Shown: in pieces, positions 41,047-51,585 of the stretch
Numbering within the stretch: the stretch's first letter is position 1
Layout: every line of letters begins with the position of its first letter
DNA from: an uncultured bacterium
GTDB taxonomy: Bacteria; Actinomycetota; Acidimicrobiia; Spongiisociales; ZC4RG35
Assembly: GCA_963745865.1 (NCBI GenBank)
Contig: CAVUYZ010000002.1
Span: 101,514 to 165,513, forward strand
DNA: 64,000 nt
Reading direction: 5' to 3'
Translations under genes and position numbers: made by a program
The notes under the pieces: model-generated
Told to the model about the DNA's origin: nothing
The model's database searches: none
The model's input: the letters and a program-made list of their open reading frames with translations, nothing else

Positions 41047-42321
41047 ATGTTCGTCGACCGGACACAGGTTCACGCCCGCGCCGGAAATGGTGGTGCGGGC
41101 GTTGCCGCGTTCGTACGAGCCAGGGGGAGACCACAGGGGAAGCCGGTCGGTGGGAACGGCGGCGATGGCGGATCGATCTATTTCGAGGCTGACGAGCATG
41201 TCGGCACGCTCCTGAGCTACCGGAGACGACCGCACACCAAGGCCCAGTCGGGCACGCACGGCACCGGTGACTTCCAGAGCGGTCGCAACGGCGAGGATCT
41301 CGTGCTCTCCGTCCCTCCCGGCACGACGATCTATGACGAAGAGGGCACCATGGTCGCCGATCTCGTCGAGCCCGGTCAGCGGGTGATGGCGATTCGAGGA
41401 GGCCGCGGCGGACGGGGGAACGCAGCATTCGTGTCTCCCCGATTGAAGGCACCGAGCATCTGTGAGCAGGGGGAGTACGGCGCCGAGGAGACCTTCACAC
41501 TGGAACTGAAGCTCATGGCCGACGCGGCGCTCGTCGGCTTCCCGAATGCGGGCAAGAGCACCTTCATCTCTCGGGTCTCGGCCGCCAAGCCGAAGATCGC
41601 CGACTACCCGTTCACGACTCTCGAACCGAATCTCGGGGTCGTATCCGTCGACGATCACGAGTTCGTTCTCGCCGACATCCCGGGTTTGATCGAGGGAGCG
41701 GCTGAAGGCAAGGGCCTCGGCCACGAGTTCCTTCGTCACGTCGAACGAGCTCAGGTGCTCGTCGTGCTGCTCGATCCTGCCATCACCGCCACCGAGCCCG
41801 TTGCCAGCCAGCGCGACATCTTGCTGAGGGAGTTGGGTGACTTCTCGCCTGCGCTGCTCGATCGCCCGCGGGTGGTGGCCATCACCAAGGCAGACATGGC
41901 CGAGGCGGTCGATGCGGCACGGGAACTCGATGACGAGCACGTGCACCTGATCTCATCGGTCACCGGCGACGGCGTTCGGGAACTCCTGTACGAGATCGCC
42001 GGAAAGGTCGACGAAGCCGAGCGCGCCCGCCCCGAGCGCGAGGGTTACGTGTTGCATCGCCCGGTCAGGCCCCAGTTCGAGGTATCTCGCACCGCGGGAG
42101 CGTGGGTCGTCGAGGGGGTTGGAGCGGAGCGGGCGGTCCGCTTCTCGGATCTCACGAATCCACAGGCTGCAGACATGGCCGCTGACCGGTTGGAACGTCT
42201 CGGTGTCGAGCAAGCCCTGATCGATGCGGGAGCCGAGGAGGGAGACACGATCAGGATCGGGGATCTCGAGTTCGAGTTCGTCGTGCTTCATGAGCTGCTC
42301 GATGACGAGGACGAGATGTGA
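41047..42321 (+). CDS. obgE: GTPase Obg
   Basis: FVDRTQVHARAGNGGAG is the Obg fold. GFPNAGKST and DIPGLIEGA are GTPase motifs. Confidence 0.9.
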   Translation: MFVDRTQVHARAGNGGAGVAAFVRARGRPQGKPVGGNGGDGGSIYFEADEHVGTLLSYRRRPHTKAQSGTHGTGDFQSGRNGEDLVLSVPPGTTIYDEEGTMVADLVEPGQRVMAIRGGRGGRGNAAFVSPRLKAPSICEQGEYGAEETFTLELKLMADAALVGFPNAGKSTFISRVSAAKPKIADYPFTTLEPNLGVVSVDDHEFVLADIPGLIEGAAEGKGLGHEFLRHVERAQVLVVLLDPAITATEPVASQRDILLRELGDFSPALLDRPRVVAITKADMAEAVDAARELDDEHVHLISSVTGDGVRELLYEIAGKVDEAERARPEREGYVLHRPVRPQFEVSRTAGAWVVEGVGAERAVRFSDLTNPQAADMAADRLERLGVEQALIDAGAEEGDTIRIGDLEFEFVVLHELLDDEDEM

Positions 42322-43421
42322 GGCGCCCGCTGACTCCAGCCGGTGTCGTCGTGGCCAAGATCGGATCGTCCTCCTTGACCACGGCAGGGCTGACCATCAA
42401 CGATGAGCGAATCTTCCAGGTGGTGCGCCAGGTCGCCGCATCCTGGCGTTCGGGGCATCCGACGGTCCTCGTGACGTCCGGTGCCGTCGCGGCCGGTCTG
42501 GGGGCGCTCGGGGCCGCCAGACGCCCGACGGACGTCCCGGGGCTGCAAGTTGCTGCCGCTGTCGGCCAGGGACGCTTGATGGAGCGGTATACCAGGGCGT
42601 TCGCCGCAGAGGGTCGGATCGCCGGACAGATCCTCTTGACCAAGTCGGTTCTCGCCGATCGTGACCAATACCTCCATGCTCGCCGTGCGCTCGAGCGAAT
42701 GCTCGAAGACGGCGTCGTGCCGATCGTCAACGAGAACGACACCGTGGCGGTCGAAGAGCTCAGATTGGGCGACAACGACCGGATGGCGGCACTCGTTGCA
42801 CACCTGGTTCACGCGGAGCTGCTCGTGCTCCTCACCGATACCGCCGGCCTACTGACAGCCGACCCACGCGTCGACGAATCAGCCACGCTGCTCACCGAGA
42901 TCTCGCACACCGACACGCTGCTCGACGAGCTGAGTCGAGCCCCGTCCGGACCGATCGGTTCGGGTGGCATCGGTTCGAAGGTTGCCGCTGCTCGCATGGC
43001 TGCATGGTCGGGCATCCCGACCGTCATCGGCCCGGCATCGGATGATGACGCGATATCGAAGTCGGCGGCAGGTGAGGACTTCGGGACGTGGGTCGACCCC
43101 AGACACGAGCGGCTGCCTGCCAGGAAACTGTGGATCGCCTTCGGTCAGCCGTCGGAGGGATCGGTGGTGATCGACGAGGGGGCCGTCGCCGCGTTGACCG
43201 CAAACGGGCGATCACTGCTCGCCGTTGGCGTCCGGCGGGTCGAGGGCGACTTTCGTGCGGGGTCGGCCGTCGAGATCACCGCGCTCGACGGCGGATTCGT
43301 CGGCAAGGGGATCGCTCGCATGTCATCGGCGGAGTTGGGTGAAGCGCTCGGAGACGGCGGAGTCGAACAGGGTCAGGTGGTCGTCCACCGAGACGACCTC
43401 GTGGTGATGTTCGAAGACTGA
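42318..43421 (+). CDS. proB: Glutamate 5-kinase with a PUA domain
   Basis: VVAKIGSSSLT...VPIVNENDTVAVEELRLGDND. Confidence 0.9.
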   Translation: MRRPLTPAGVVVAKIGSSSLTTAGLTINDERIFQVVRQVAASWRSGHPTVLVTSGAVAAGLGALGAARRPTDVPGLQVAAAVGQGRLMERYTRAFAAEGRIAGQILLTKSVLADRDQYLHARRALERMLEDGVVPIVNENDTVAVEELRLGDNDRMAALVAHLVHAELLVLLTDTAGLLTADPRVDESATLLTEISHTDTLLDELSRAPSGPIGSGGIGSKVAAARMAAWSGIPTVIGPASDDDAISKSAAGEDFGTWVDPRHERLPARKLWIAFGQPSEGSVVIDEGAVAALTANGRSLLAVGVRRVEGDFRAGSAVEITALDGGFVGKGIARMSSAELGEALGDGGVEQGQVVVHRDDLVVMFED

Positions 43422-43459
43422 CCGGGTCCGTGGACGTGTCGCAGACGTCGCGACGGGCT

Positions 43460-44953
43460 TCACCGCTTCCAGAGATCGCGTGTGAAGAGGAGCAGTACGG
43501 GGAAGATCTCGAGCCGACCCACGATCATGAGGACCGCCAGCAGGGTCCGCCCCACGATCGGGATCGCCAAATAGTTCTCGACCGGCCCGACGTCGCCCAG
43601 ACCAGGCCCGATGTTCCCGATCGAGGCGGCAACCGCACTGACCGAGGTGATGAGATCGAGGTCCTCGCTGATGTTGGCGTCGATGAACGAGATCAGGAAG
43701 GTCGAGACCAGGAACAACGTGATGTAGAAGAGGAAGAAGCTCTGGACGCTCTCCACGACATCGTCTCGCACCCGGTCCTTGCCGAACCGTGTGATGAGGA
43801 CGGCTTTGGGATGGACGATTCTCCGCAGATCGGCGAGTGCCGCCTTCGCCAGGATCCCGATCCGGAACGTCTTGATCCCACCCGCCGTGGAGCCCGCCAT
43901 CCCGCCGAGGAGCATCAGGCCGATGACCAGAACCTGGAGGGCCGGACGCCACGCCCCGAAGTCCGCTGTGGCGAAGCCGGTGGTCGTGATGAGCGAACCG
44001 GCCGTGAAGGCGGCGTCTCGGAGCGCATCGGAGAAGGCGATACCCGGCTCGAGCAATCCGCCGGTGATGAGAACCACGGCACCGAAGAACAGCATCGAGT
44101 AGAGGCCGAACTCGGCGCTGCGGAGATACGCCCGTGGATCACGCAACGCCCGGAAGTGGAGCGCGAACGAGGCTCCTGCGACGAACATGAAGAAGGCGAT
44201 GACCCATTGGGTGTACGCGCTGAAACCGTCGATCGAGGTGGCGACGGTGCCGAACCCGCCGGTCGACATCGTGGTCATCGAGTGGTTCACCGCCTCGAAC
44301 ACGTCCATGTCGCCGACCCACAGCAGCGCGACCTCGATGACGGTGAGCCCCGCATAGACCCACCAGAGTCGTTTCGCCGTCTCCTGGAACCGGGGAGTCA
44401 GCCTGTCCGGCGTCGGGCCCGGTGACTCGGCCCGAGCCAGTTGGACCCCTCCCACGCCGAGCAGCGGCAAGATGGCGATCGACAGCACGATGACACCCAT
44501 GCCGCCGATCCATTGCGTCGTCGACCGCCAGAACAGCACGCCCTTCGACAGCGCCGCGGGGTCCGGCAGGATGGAGGCGCCCGTCGTGGTGAACCCCGAT
44601 GCTGTCTCGAAGAATGCGTCGAGGAAGTGACCGATGTCGTTGGTCATGATGAACGGCAGTGTTCCGAAGATCGACATCACGAACCACGCCAGCCCGACGG
44701 CTGCAAAACCCTCCTTGGTGGTGAGTATCCCGGATCGGCCGAAGACCTTCCAGCCGAGTGCTCCTGCCCCCATCGTGACGAGTGCCGCCGCGAGGATCAT
44801 CCAGACATCCGATTCGCGATACATCGCCGATACGAGCGCCGCGGGCAGCATCGCCGCTCCTGATGCAGAGACGACCGCACCGATGATGAAGAGAAGTCGG
44901 CGTGCCATTGCCGGTCGACCGGTCGACTCCCGCATCCGCGGCGAGATGTTCAT
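43460..44953 (-). CDS. trkH: TrkH/KtrB potassium uptake membrane protein
   Basis: Multiple M-P-M repeats (TTTGF, STGGFG). The ORF runs further upstream, but the TrkH homology starts at about 44953. Confidence 0.85.
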   Translation of the reverse strand: MNISPRMRESTGRPAMARRLLFIIGAVVSASGAAMLPAALVSAMYRESDVWMILAAALVTMGAGALGWKVFGRSGILTTKEGFAAVGLAWFVMSIFGTLPFIMTNDIGHFLDAFFETASGFTTTGASILPDPAALSKGVLFWRSTTQWIGGMGVIVLSIAILPLLGVGGVQLARAESPGPTPDRLTPRFQETAKRLWWVYAGLTVIEVALLWVGDMDVFEAVNHSMTTMSTGGFGTVATSIDGFSAYTQWVIAFFMFVAGASFALHFRALRDPRAYLRSAEFGLYSMLFFGAVVLITGGLLEPGIAFSDALRDAAFTAGSLITTTGFATADFGAWRPALQVLVIGLMLLGGMAGSTAGGIKTFRIGILAKAALADLRRIVHPKAVLITRFGKDRVRDDVVESVQSFFLFYITLFLVSTFLISFIDANISEDLDLITSVSAVAASIGNIGPGLGDVGPVENYLAIPIVGRTLLAVLMIVGRLEIFPVLLLFTRDLWKR

Positions 44954-46284
44954 AGCTGGATGAAGAGCTGTTCGACCGTCTCGATCGAGTCGGGCATGGA
45001 GAACAGGATGACTCGGTCCCCGGCTTCGATGGTGCTGATCCCCGACGGAACGAAGGTCTCGCCATTGCGGAGCACCCCGCCGATCACGGCGTCCTTCGGC
45101 ATGTGGAGGTCCACGACGGATCTGCCGACTGCCGGCGAGTTCGCGGCCACCTCGAGCTCGATCGCTTCTGCGTCGGTGTCCTTGAACGTCACCACAGAGT
45201 GGATTCGTCCTCTTCGAACGAACCGGAGGATCGCGCCTGCCGCGATGAGCCGGCTCGAGACTGCGGTGTCGATGCCGGTTCCGGCGAGGAGATTCACGTA
45301 TTCGATCCGGTTGAACCGAGCGACCGTCGATGATGCACCCGTTGCCTTGCCGAGGAGACATCCGAGGATGTTGACCTCATCCCACCCCGTGAGTGCCAAC
45401 ACGGCGTCGCGGTCGTCGAGGTTGAGATTCTTCAACGTGTCCGGATGGACCGGATCGTCGCAGATCACCAGCACCCGTGCTTGGCGTTCTGCGATCTTGC
45501 GACATCGAGCAGGGTCCTGATCGATGACGATGACCTCGTAACCCTCGGCCGTCAGGTTGGCTGCGGTCAACTCGGCCAGCCGCGTCGCACCGAGGATGAT
45601 CACGCGTCTGATGATGTGGTGCCTGACGCCGATGAGGTCGGTCACCCGATCGACGTCCTCGGTGGCCACCATCACCAGGGCATGGTCTCCTGCTTCGATG
45701 ACGGTGTCGCCGTGGGCGACGATCGTCTCACCGAGTCGCACGATCGCGGCGATGACCCAGTCGAACTCGCGTCGAGCCGCCCGAAGCTGGTTCAGCGGTT
45801 TCCCGACCAGATACGAGGCGGGCGGGACCGTCGCTCCGACGAGCGAGAGCGAGCCCGCCCCGAACTCGACGAGCTCGGACACCCCGGATTGTCTCACCAG
45901 GCTCACGAGTTCCGCCGCAGCGGCTTCACCCGGATCGATCACGAAGTCGACCTCGAGTCCGGCGATCGCTTCGCGCATATCCGGGTCCTCGACACGGGCG
46001 ACGGTGCGCTTGACCCCGAGCTCGGCACCGACATGACAGGCGAGCACGTTCGCTCCGTCCGAGTTGGAGACGGCGATCAGGAGGTCGGATCTCTGGACGC
46101 CAGCTTCCTGGAGAACGGTGGGGCTTGCTCCGTTCCCGGTGATCACGAGAGCATCGATTCGGTCTTGCAGCTCGGCGGCTCGGGTCTCGTCGTCCTCGAT
46201 GACGACGACATCCTGGCCCTCCGCAGAAAGGCGTTCGGCGAGATAGGAGCCGACGGCCCCTGCGCCAACGATGACGATTCTCAT
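44950..46284 (-). CDS. trkA: TrkA, two RCK/NAD-binding domains
   Basis: MRIVIVGAGAVGSYLAERL, and a second Rossmann fold RRVIILGATRLAELTA. Confidence 0.9.
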   Translation of the reverse strand: MRIVIVGAGAVGSYLAERLSAEGQDVVVIEDDETRAAELQDRIDALVITGNGASPTVLQEAGVQRSDLLIAVSNSDGANVLACHVGAELGVKRTVARVEDPDMREAIAGLEVDFVIDPGEAAAAELVSLVRQSGVSELVEFGAGSLSLVGATVPPASYLVGKPLNQLRAARREFDWVIAAIVRLGETIVAHGDTVIEAGDHALVMVATEDVDRVTDLIGVRHHIIRRVIILGATRLAELTAANLTAEGYEVIVIDQDPARCRKIAERQARVLVICDDPVHPDTLKNLNLDDRDAVLALTGWDEVNILGCLLGKATGASSTVARFNRIEYVNLLAGTGIDTAVSSRLIAAGAILRFVRRGRIHSVVTFKDTDAEAIELEVAANSPAVGRSVVDLHMPKDAVIGGVLRNGETFVPSGISTIEAGDRVILFSMPDSIETVEQLFIQL

Positions 46285-46423
46285 AGATCAGTCCACACGA
46301 TCGGATCAGGATACGCCGGTGGGATGCCCGGCTCTACACGCCGCTCCCCGGACGAACGTGGAGCCTGTCACCGATCCACTTACACTTCGGGAGTTCACGC
46401 ACCGACCGCTCCGGAGTGCCACA

Positions 46424-47289
46424 TGACCCTCGACCGCTTCGATTCGCCCTCGGCCCTCGCCGAGGCACTTCGTTCTGTCTCGTATCTCCCCGATGATCGC
46501 ATCTCCCAAGTCGCGTTCCTGGCAGCAGCTCTCGGCAAGCCGGTGTTGGTCGAAGGTCCTGCTGGAGTGGGCAAGACCGAACTTGCCAAGGCGCTGGCCA
46601 TGGTGACAGGTCGCAAATTGATCCGCCTGCAGTGTTACGAGGGGCTCGACGAGTCCCGGGCGCTGTACGAGTGGAACTACAAGAAGCAGCTTCTCAGAAT
46701 CCAGGCCGATGAGGGTCACGACTGGTCCGAGATCGAGGACGACATCTTCTCCGAGGACTTCCTCCTGGCACGCCCCCTCCTCGAGGCGATCCGCTCGGAG
46801 GAGCCGGTGGTCCTGCTCATCGATGAGATCGATCGCGTCGAGATGGAAACCGAGGCCCTCCTCCTCGAGGTGTTGTCGGACTTCCAGGTCTCGATCCCCG
46901 AGTTGGGCACCGTCACTGCCAAGACGCAGCCACTGGTGATTCTGACGTCCAACAACACCCGGGAGCTGTCTGAGGCGCTGAAGCGGCGTTGTCTCTTCCT
47001 GCACATCTCGTATCCGACCCCCGAGCGTGAACGGGAAATTCTCCTCGCCCGAATCCCGGAACTGCCGGAGCGCCTCGCCGGCGAGATCGCCCGTGTGGCG
47101 CGCTCGGTGCGGGCGATGGATCTCAAGAAGGCACCGTCGATCTCCGAGACGATCGACTGGGCTCGAACACTCCTCGCGCTGGGGATCGAACATGTCGACA
47201 CCAACGTGGTGCAGGAGACGATCCACGTGTTCCTCAAGTACCAGGCGGACATCGATCGGGCGCTCAAAGAGTTCTCGACGGTGGAGTGA
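46424..47289 (+). CDS. MoxR-family AAA+ ATPase
   Basis: VLVEGPAGVGKTELAKALA is the Walker A motif and LLIDEIDRV is the Walker B motif. Confidence 0.85.
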
Positions 47290-47297
47290 TCGCGTGC

Positions 47298-48797
47298 TCT
47301 CACTGATGACGGCGTTCGTCGAGGAGCTCCGGGTCGTCGGTGTCCCCGTCTCGATGGTCGAGACCCTCGACGCGATGAAGGCGACCGAGCATGTCGACCT
47401 GGCGGATCGCGGGGCGTTCAAAGAGGCTCTTCGCGCGACCCTGGTCAAGAACAGTCGCCACGAAGGTGCGTTCGACACGGCGTTCGAGGTGTTCTTCGCA
47501 GACCGGAGTCGGACGCTCAGCCTGGGAGCCGGAGGAGCAGACCGAGTCGCAGGCGCAAGGGCAGTCGGACGGAGCCGAGAGTGGTGGGGGCGGCTCATCA
47601 CGCGACCTGCAGGACTTGATCGAGTCTCTGTTCAACGCTCTTGCACAGCAGGACTTCTCCCAACTCAGGCAGTCGGCTCGCGACGCCATCGACGATCTCG
47701 CCGGGATGGAACCCGGTCGACCGGTCGGAGGGACCTACTACCTCTACCGGACGCTCCGTCAACTCGACATCGACGCACTGGAGCAGCGGTTGCTCGAAGC
47801 CATGATGGCCGAGCAACCCGATCTCGACGACCTCGAGCAGCGGCTCATCACCGAGGAGGTGGCCGGACGGATCGAGCGACTTCGCGAGGAGTTGTCGGAG
47901 GAGATCAGGCGACGTCTCGTCGAAGACCGCGGTCACGAGGCGGTGGCGAAGACCCTGCGGAAGCCACTCACCGAAGAGTTGGACCTGATGCACGCCACCC
48001 GGCATGATCTCCGATCGATCGAAGAGGTCGTTGAGCCGCTCACCAGGAAACTCGCCGCCCGACTGGCACAGAAGCGACGTAACCAGAACCGGGGTCGCCT
48101 CGACTTCCGCAAGACCGTTCGGAGCTCATTGGGATCGGGCGGAGTGCCGATCGAGCCGAAGTTCAGGAACAAGCGACCGCACAAACCTGAGCTCTTCCTG
48201 ATCTGTGACGTCTCCGGTTCGATGGCCACGTTCGCTCGATTCACCCTCCAATTCACCTATGCGATGGCGAACCAATTCTCTCGGCTTCGTGCCTTTGTTT
48301 TCGTGGATGCGGTCGATGAGGTGACCGACTTCCTGAAGCCGGGATCCGACTTCAAGGACGCCCTGGCCCGAATTTCAACGGAGGCCGACGTGGTCTGGCT
48401 CGACGGCCACTCCGATTACGGCCATGCGCTCGAGCAGTTCATGTCGAGATACGGGCGGGAGCTCACTCCCCGTTCGACCGTCATCGTCACAGGCGATGCC
48501 CGGAACAACTACCGGGAGCCGAGAGAGGCGTATCTCGCCCAGATCTCCGAACGATCCAAGCATCTCTACTGGTTGAATCCCGAGCCCACGAGCTATTGGG
48601 ACAGTGGTGATTCGGTGATGGGACGCTACGCGAAGTACTGCGACGAGGTGTTCGAAGTTCGGAATCTGAAGCAATTGGAGGCTTTCGTCGAAACAATCGC
48701 GGTCGAGCGACATACAATCCGTCGCAGCGCAGTGGCTCCCGGGGCCAACCGAGACTCACACACATATTCGAAGAATTCCCTCAACTACACACCGTGA
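47298..48797 (+). CDS. VWA-domain protein (CoxE-like MoxR partner), with one frameshift at about 47520
   Basis: LFLICDVSGSMATF is the MIDAS DxSxS motif. It lies directly downstream of moxR. Confidence 0.8.
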
Positions 48798-48815
48798 CGT
48801 GACGAGAGGTACACC

Positions 48816-49181
48816 GTGGGACAACGAATTCTTGTCATAGAAGACTCAGCAGTGATCCGCCGGCTGATCGAAGTCTGCCTCCGGGCCGCCGATCTGGAGA
48901 TCCTCATGCGTGAGGACGGACCGACCGGCTTGGACGCAGTGCGGACTGAATCGCCTGATCTGCTGGTCCTCGACATCGGTCTCCCCGGCATGGATGGATG
49001 GCAGGTCCTCGACCACATCCGCAGCGATCAGGCGACCCGATCGCTCCCCGTCGTCGTGCTGACCGCCCACGCCGAGGAAGAGTCTCGACGCCGTGCCGAC
49101 GAGGGTGGCGCCGACGCGTTCGTCACCAAGCCGTTCCAGCCCAACGACTTCCGTCAGACAGTCCTCGACCTCCTCGCATAA
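48816..49181 (+). CDS. Stand-alone response regulator receiver domain (CheY-like)
   Basis: ILVIEDSAVIRRL...LLVLDIGLPGMDGWQVL...FVTKPF. Confidence 0.85.
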   Translation: MGQRILVIEDSAVIRRLIEVCLRAADLEILMREDGPTGLDAVRTESPDLLVLDIGLPGMDGWQVLDHIRSDQATRSLPVVVLTAHAEEESRRRADEGGADAFVTKPFQPNDFRQTVLDLLA

Positions 49182-49189
49182 CTCGCTCT

Positions 49190-49429
49190 GCTCGACCCCT
49201 TGGCTTGGTGATGCAGCGTTTACCTCGGCCGTGGCGGCCTCGTCAAATCCCCCGTTGCGCTTGTCTCGACGTCATGAGTCGTTTGTTCCTCCGGCGGGAG
49301 GGGTTGTACACGAACCAACGAATGCACTTGTTCTGGCTTCGATCATTGTTTGTCCCTCCGGCGGGGGGACGGGGTTCGTCCTACGAACCCAGGGGGCGTT
49401 GTCGCGGATCCCCCGGCGAACTCAGGGGG
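49190..49429. repeat. Second locus of the hairpin A / hairpin B palindromic repeat family, in inverted orientation
   Basis: GTTTGTCCCTCCGGCGGGGGGAC and GTTTGTTCCTCCGGCGGGAGGGG, plus GGGGTTCGTCCTACGAACCC. Compare with the locus at 24960-25330. Confidence 0.55.
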
Positions 49430-50446
49430 CTAGGCCGGGATCAGCTCTGCCATTCGGTCGATCAGGTCGACGACTCGGTTCGAGTAGCCCCACTCGTTGT
49501 CGTACCAGCTGAGGACCTTCACCAGATTCCCACCCAGGACCTGAGTCGATTCGGCATCGAAGATCGAGGAGTGGGGGTTGCCGATGATGTCGGTGGACAC
49601 CAGCGGAACTTCCGAGTACTGGAGGATGCCCTTCAGCGGGCCGTCGGCGGCAGCCTTGACCGCGGCGTTGATGCTCTCGACGGTGACATCGGACTCGAGT
49701 TCGACCACGAGGTCGACCGTCGACCCATCTGGGACCGGGACGCGCATCGCCATGCCGTCGAGCTTGCCCTCGAGCCGAGGCAGGACCTGGCCGACCGCCG
49801 CGGCGGCTCCGGTGGTGGTGGGGATGATGTTCTCGGTCGCGGCCCGGCTGCGGCGAAGGTCCTTGTGGGGGACGTCGGCCAACCGCTGGTCGTTGGTGTA
49901 GGCGTGGACGGTCGTCATCACACCCCGAGTGATTCCGAACGCGTCGTCGAGGACCTTTGCGAGCGGGGCCAGGCAATTCGTCGTGCACGATGCGTTCGAG
50001 ACGATCACGTCGCTGGCATCGAGCTCCTGGTCGTTCACACCGAGCACCACCATCTCGTCGACCGAGCCCTTGGGGGGCACCGTCAGGATGACTCGCTTGG
50101 CGCCGGCGTCGATGTGGGGCTGCAGCTTGGCGCGGTCACGGAACACGCCGGTGGCCTCGATCACGATATCGACATCGAGCTCTGCCCAGGGGAGATCTGC
50201 AGGGTTGCGCTCCATGAGCATCTTCACCGAATGGCGACCAACAGTCATGGTCCCGTCGCTCACCGTGGGATGGACGTCGAGATGACCCATGACCGAGTCG
50301 TACTCGAGGAGGTAGGCGAGGATGTCGTCGTCTGCGAGGTCGTTGATCGCAACTACCTCGACGTCGGGGTTGTCGCGTTTGAGGATGATCCTGAAGACGT
50401 TTCGGCCGATGCGGCCGAACCCGTTGATTGCGACTCGAGTGGTCAT
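49430..50446 (-). CDS. gap: Glyceraldehyde-3-phosphate dehydrogenase, type I (canonical)
   Basis: INGFGRIGRNVFR, SNASCTTNCLAP with the catalytic Cys, and TTVHAYT. Confidence 0.9.
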   Translation of the reverse strand: MTTRVAINGFGRIGRNVFRIILKRDNPDVEVVAINDLADDDILAYLLEYDSVMGHLDVHPTVSDGTMTVGRHSVKMLMERNPADLPWAELDVDIVIEATGVFRDRAKLQPHIDAGAKRVILTVPPKGSVDEMVVLGVNDQELDASDVIVSNASCTTNCLAPLAKVLDDAFGITRGVMTTVHAYTNDQRLADVPHKDLRRSRAATENIIPTTTGAAAAVGQVLPRLEGKLDGMAMRVPVPDGSTVDLVVELESDVTVESINAAVKAAADGPLKGILQYSEVPLVSTDIIGNPHSSIFDAESTQVLGGNLVKVLSWYDNEWGYSNRVVDLIDRMAELIPA

Positions 50447-51468
50447 GCGGATGCTCCTTGCAGTGTGTCGGCCATGAGCTCGGCGACCTCGATGAGGCGG
50501 GTGGTGTAGCCCCAGCCGTTGTTGTACCAGGTGATGGTCTTGACCAGCGTGTCGCTCATCACCATCGTCGCCAGGCTGTCGAAGACCGCCGACTCCGGCT
50601 CCATTCTCACATCTGATGAAACGATCGGATCGGTGTTGTATTCCAGGATGCCTGCGTATACGCCTTCGGACGCGCTCTTGATGGCTGCGTTGACTTCGTC
50701 GACGGTCGTCGGCGTCGCAACGTAGGCCACGAGGTCGATGGTCGAACCGTCCGCGACGGGCACGTTGAGAGCCTGTCCGCTCAGCTTGCCGGCGAACTCG
50801 GGCATCACCGCGACGAGAATGTCTGCGGAGTTGGTCGGGCCGGGGATGATGTTCTCGCCTGCGGCCCGACTCTGCCGGAACCCCTCGGTCGGAACGTCCG
50901 CAAGGCGCTGGGAGTTCGTCATCGCATGCACCGTCGTGAAGAAGGCCCGCTCGATCCCGAACGACGCATCGAGCGTCTTGAGGATCGGGGCGAGGGCGTT
51001 CGACGTGTTCGAGCCGAGCGCCACGACGTGGGTGTCTGCGGTCAGGATCTCGTCGTTGACGCCCTTCAGGAGGAGAGGAACCGGTGAGCCCTGCTCGGGA
51101 GTGGACGCAAGGATGACCTTCTTCGCGCCGCGGTCGAGGTGCTTCTGGAGGTGCTCAGCCGTGCGGTACTTTCCCACGGCCTGTACCACGATGTCGACGT
51201 CGTAGTCGCTCCAGTTGGCGTCGCCCGGTTCGCGTGCCGAGATGAACGGGATCTTCCGTCCGTTGAGGAAGATGCTGTCTCCCTCCATCTCGATCGGGAC
51301 GGGGAAGCGCCCGTAGATCGAGTCGTATTTCAACAGGTATGTGAGGCCTTCGGGGTCGTCGATGTCGGCGATGACGGCTACTTCGAGGTCGGGGTGATCG
51401 GTGAGCATTCGGAAGACGTTCTTCCCGATGCGCCCGAAACCCATGAGACCCAGGCGTGTCTTGCTCAT
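50443..51468 (-). CDS. GAPDH-like paralog lacking the catalytic cysteine motif (putative pseudo-enzyme)
   Basis: LMGFGRIGKNVFR is an intact NAD-binding motif, but the active site reads GSNTSNALAP instead of SNASCTTNCLAP. The ORF is an intact 341 aa. Confidence 0.8.
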   Translation of the reverse strand: MSKTRLGLMGFGRIGKNVFRMLTDHPDLEVAVIADIDDPEGLTYLLKYDSIYGRFPVPIEMEGDSIFLNGRKIPFISAREPGDANWSDYDVDIVVQAVGKYRTAEHLQKHLDRGAKKVILASTPEQGSPVPLLLKGVNDEILTADTHVVALGSNTSNALAPILKTLDASFGIERAFFTTVHAMTNSQRLADVPTEGFRQSRAAGENIIPGPTNSADILVAVMPEFAGKLSGQALNVPVADGSTIDLVAYVATPTTVDEVNAAIKSASEGVYAGILEYNTDPIVSSDVRMEPESAVFDSLATMVMSDTLVKTITWYNNGWGYTTRLIEVAELMADTLQGASA

Positions 51469-51585
51469 GTTGTTCCTCAGTCGTTGTGTTCTGGTCGAAA
51501 CCTAGTCGCCGTCGGTGTTGTGCGCCGTTGCCGGAAGATGAACAAGGGTCTTCTGCCGAGGCGCTCCCGTTCGTAGGTTGACGGC

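Noticed and set aside
43421-46284. Missing proA after proB interpreted as a deletion or novel arrangement
   Set aside because: proB followed by unrelated convergent genes (here trkH/trkA) is common. proA may simply be elsewhere in the genome. This is not informative without genome context.
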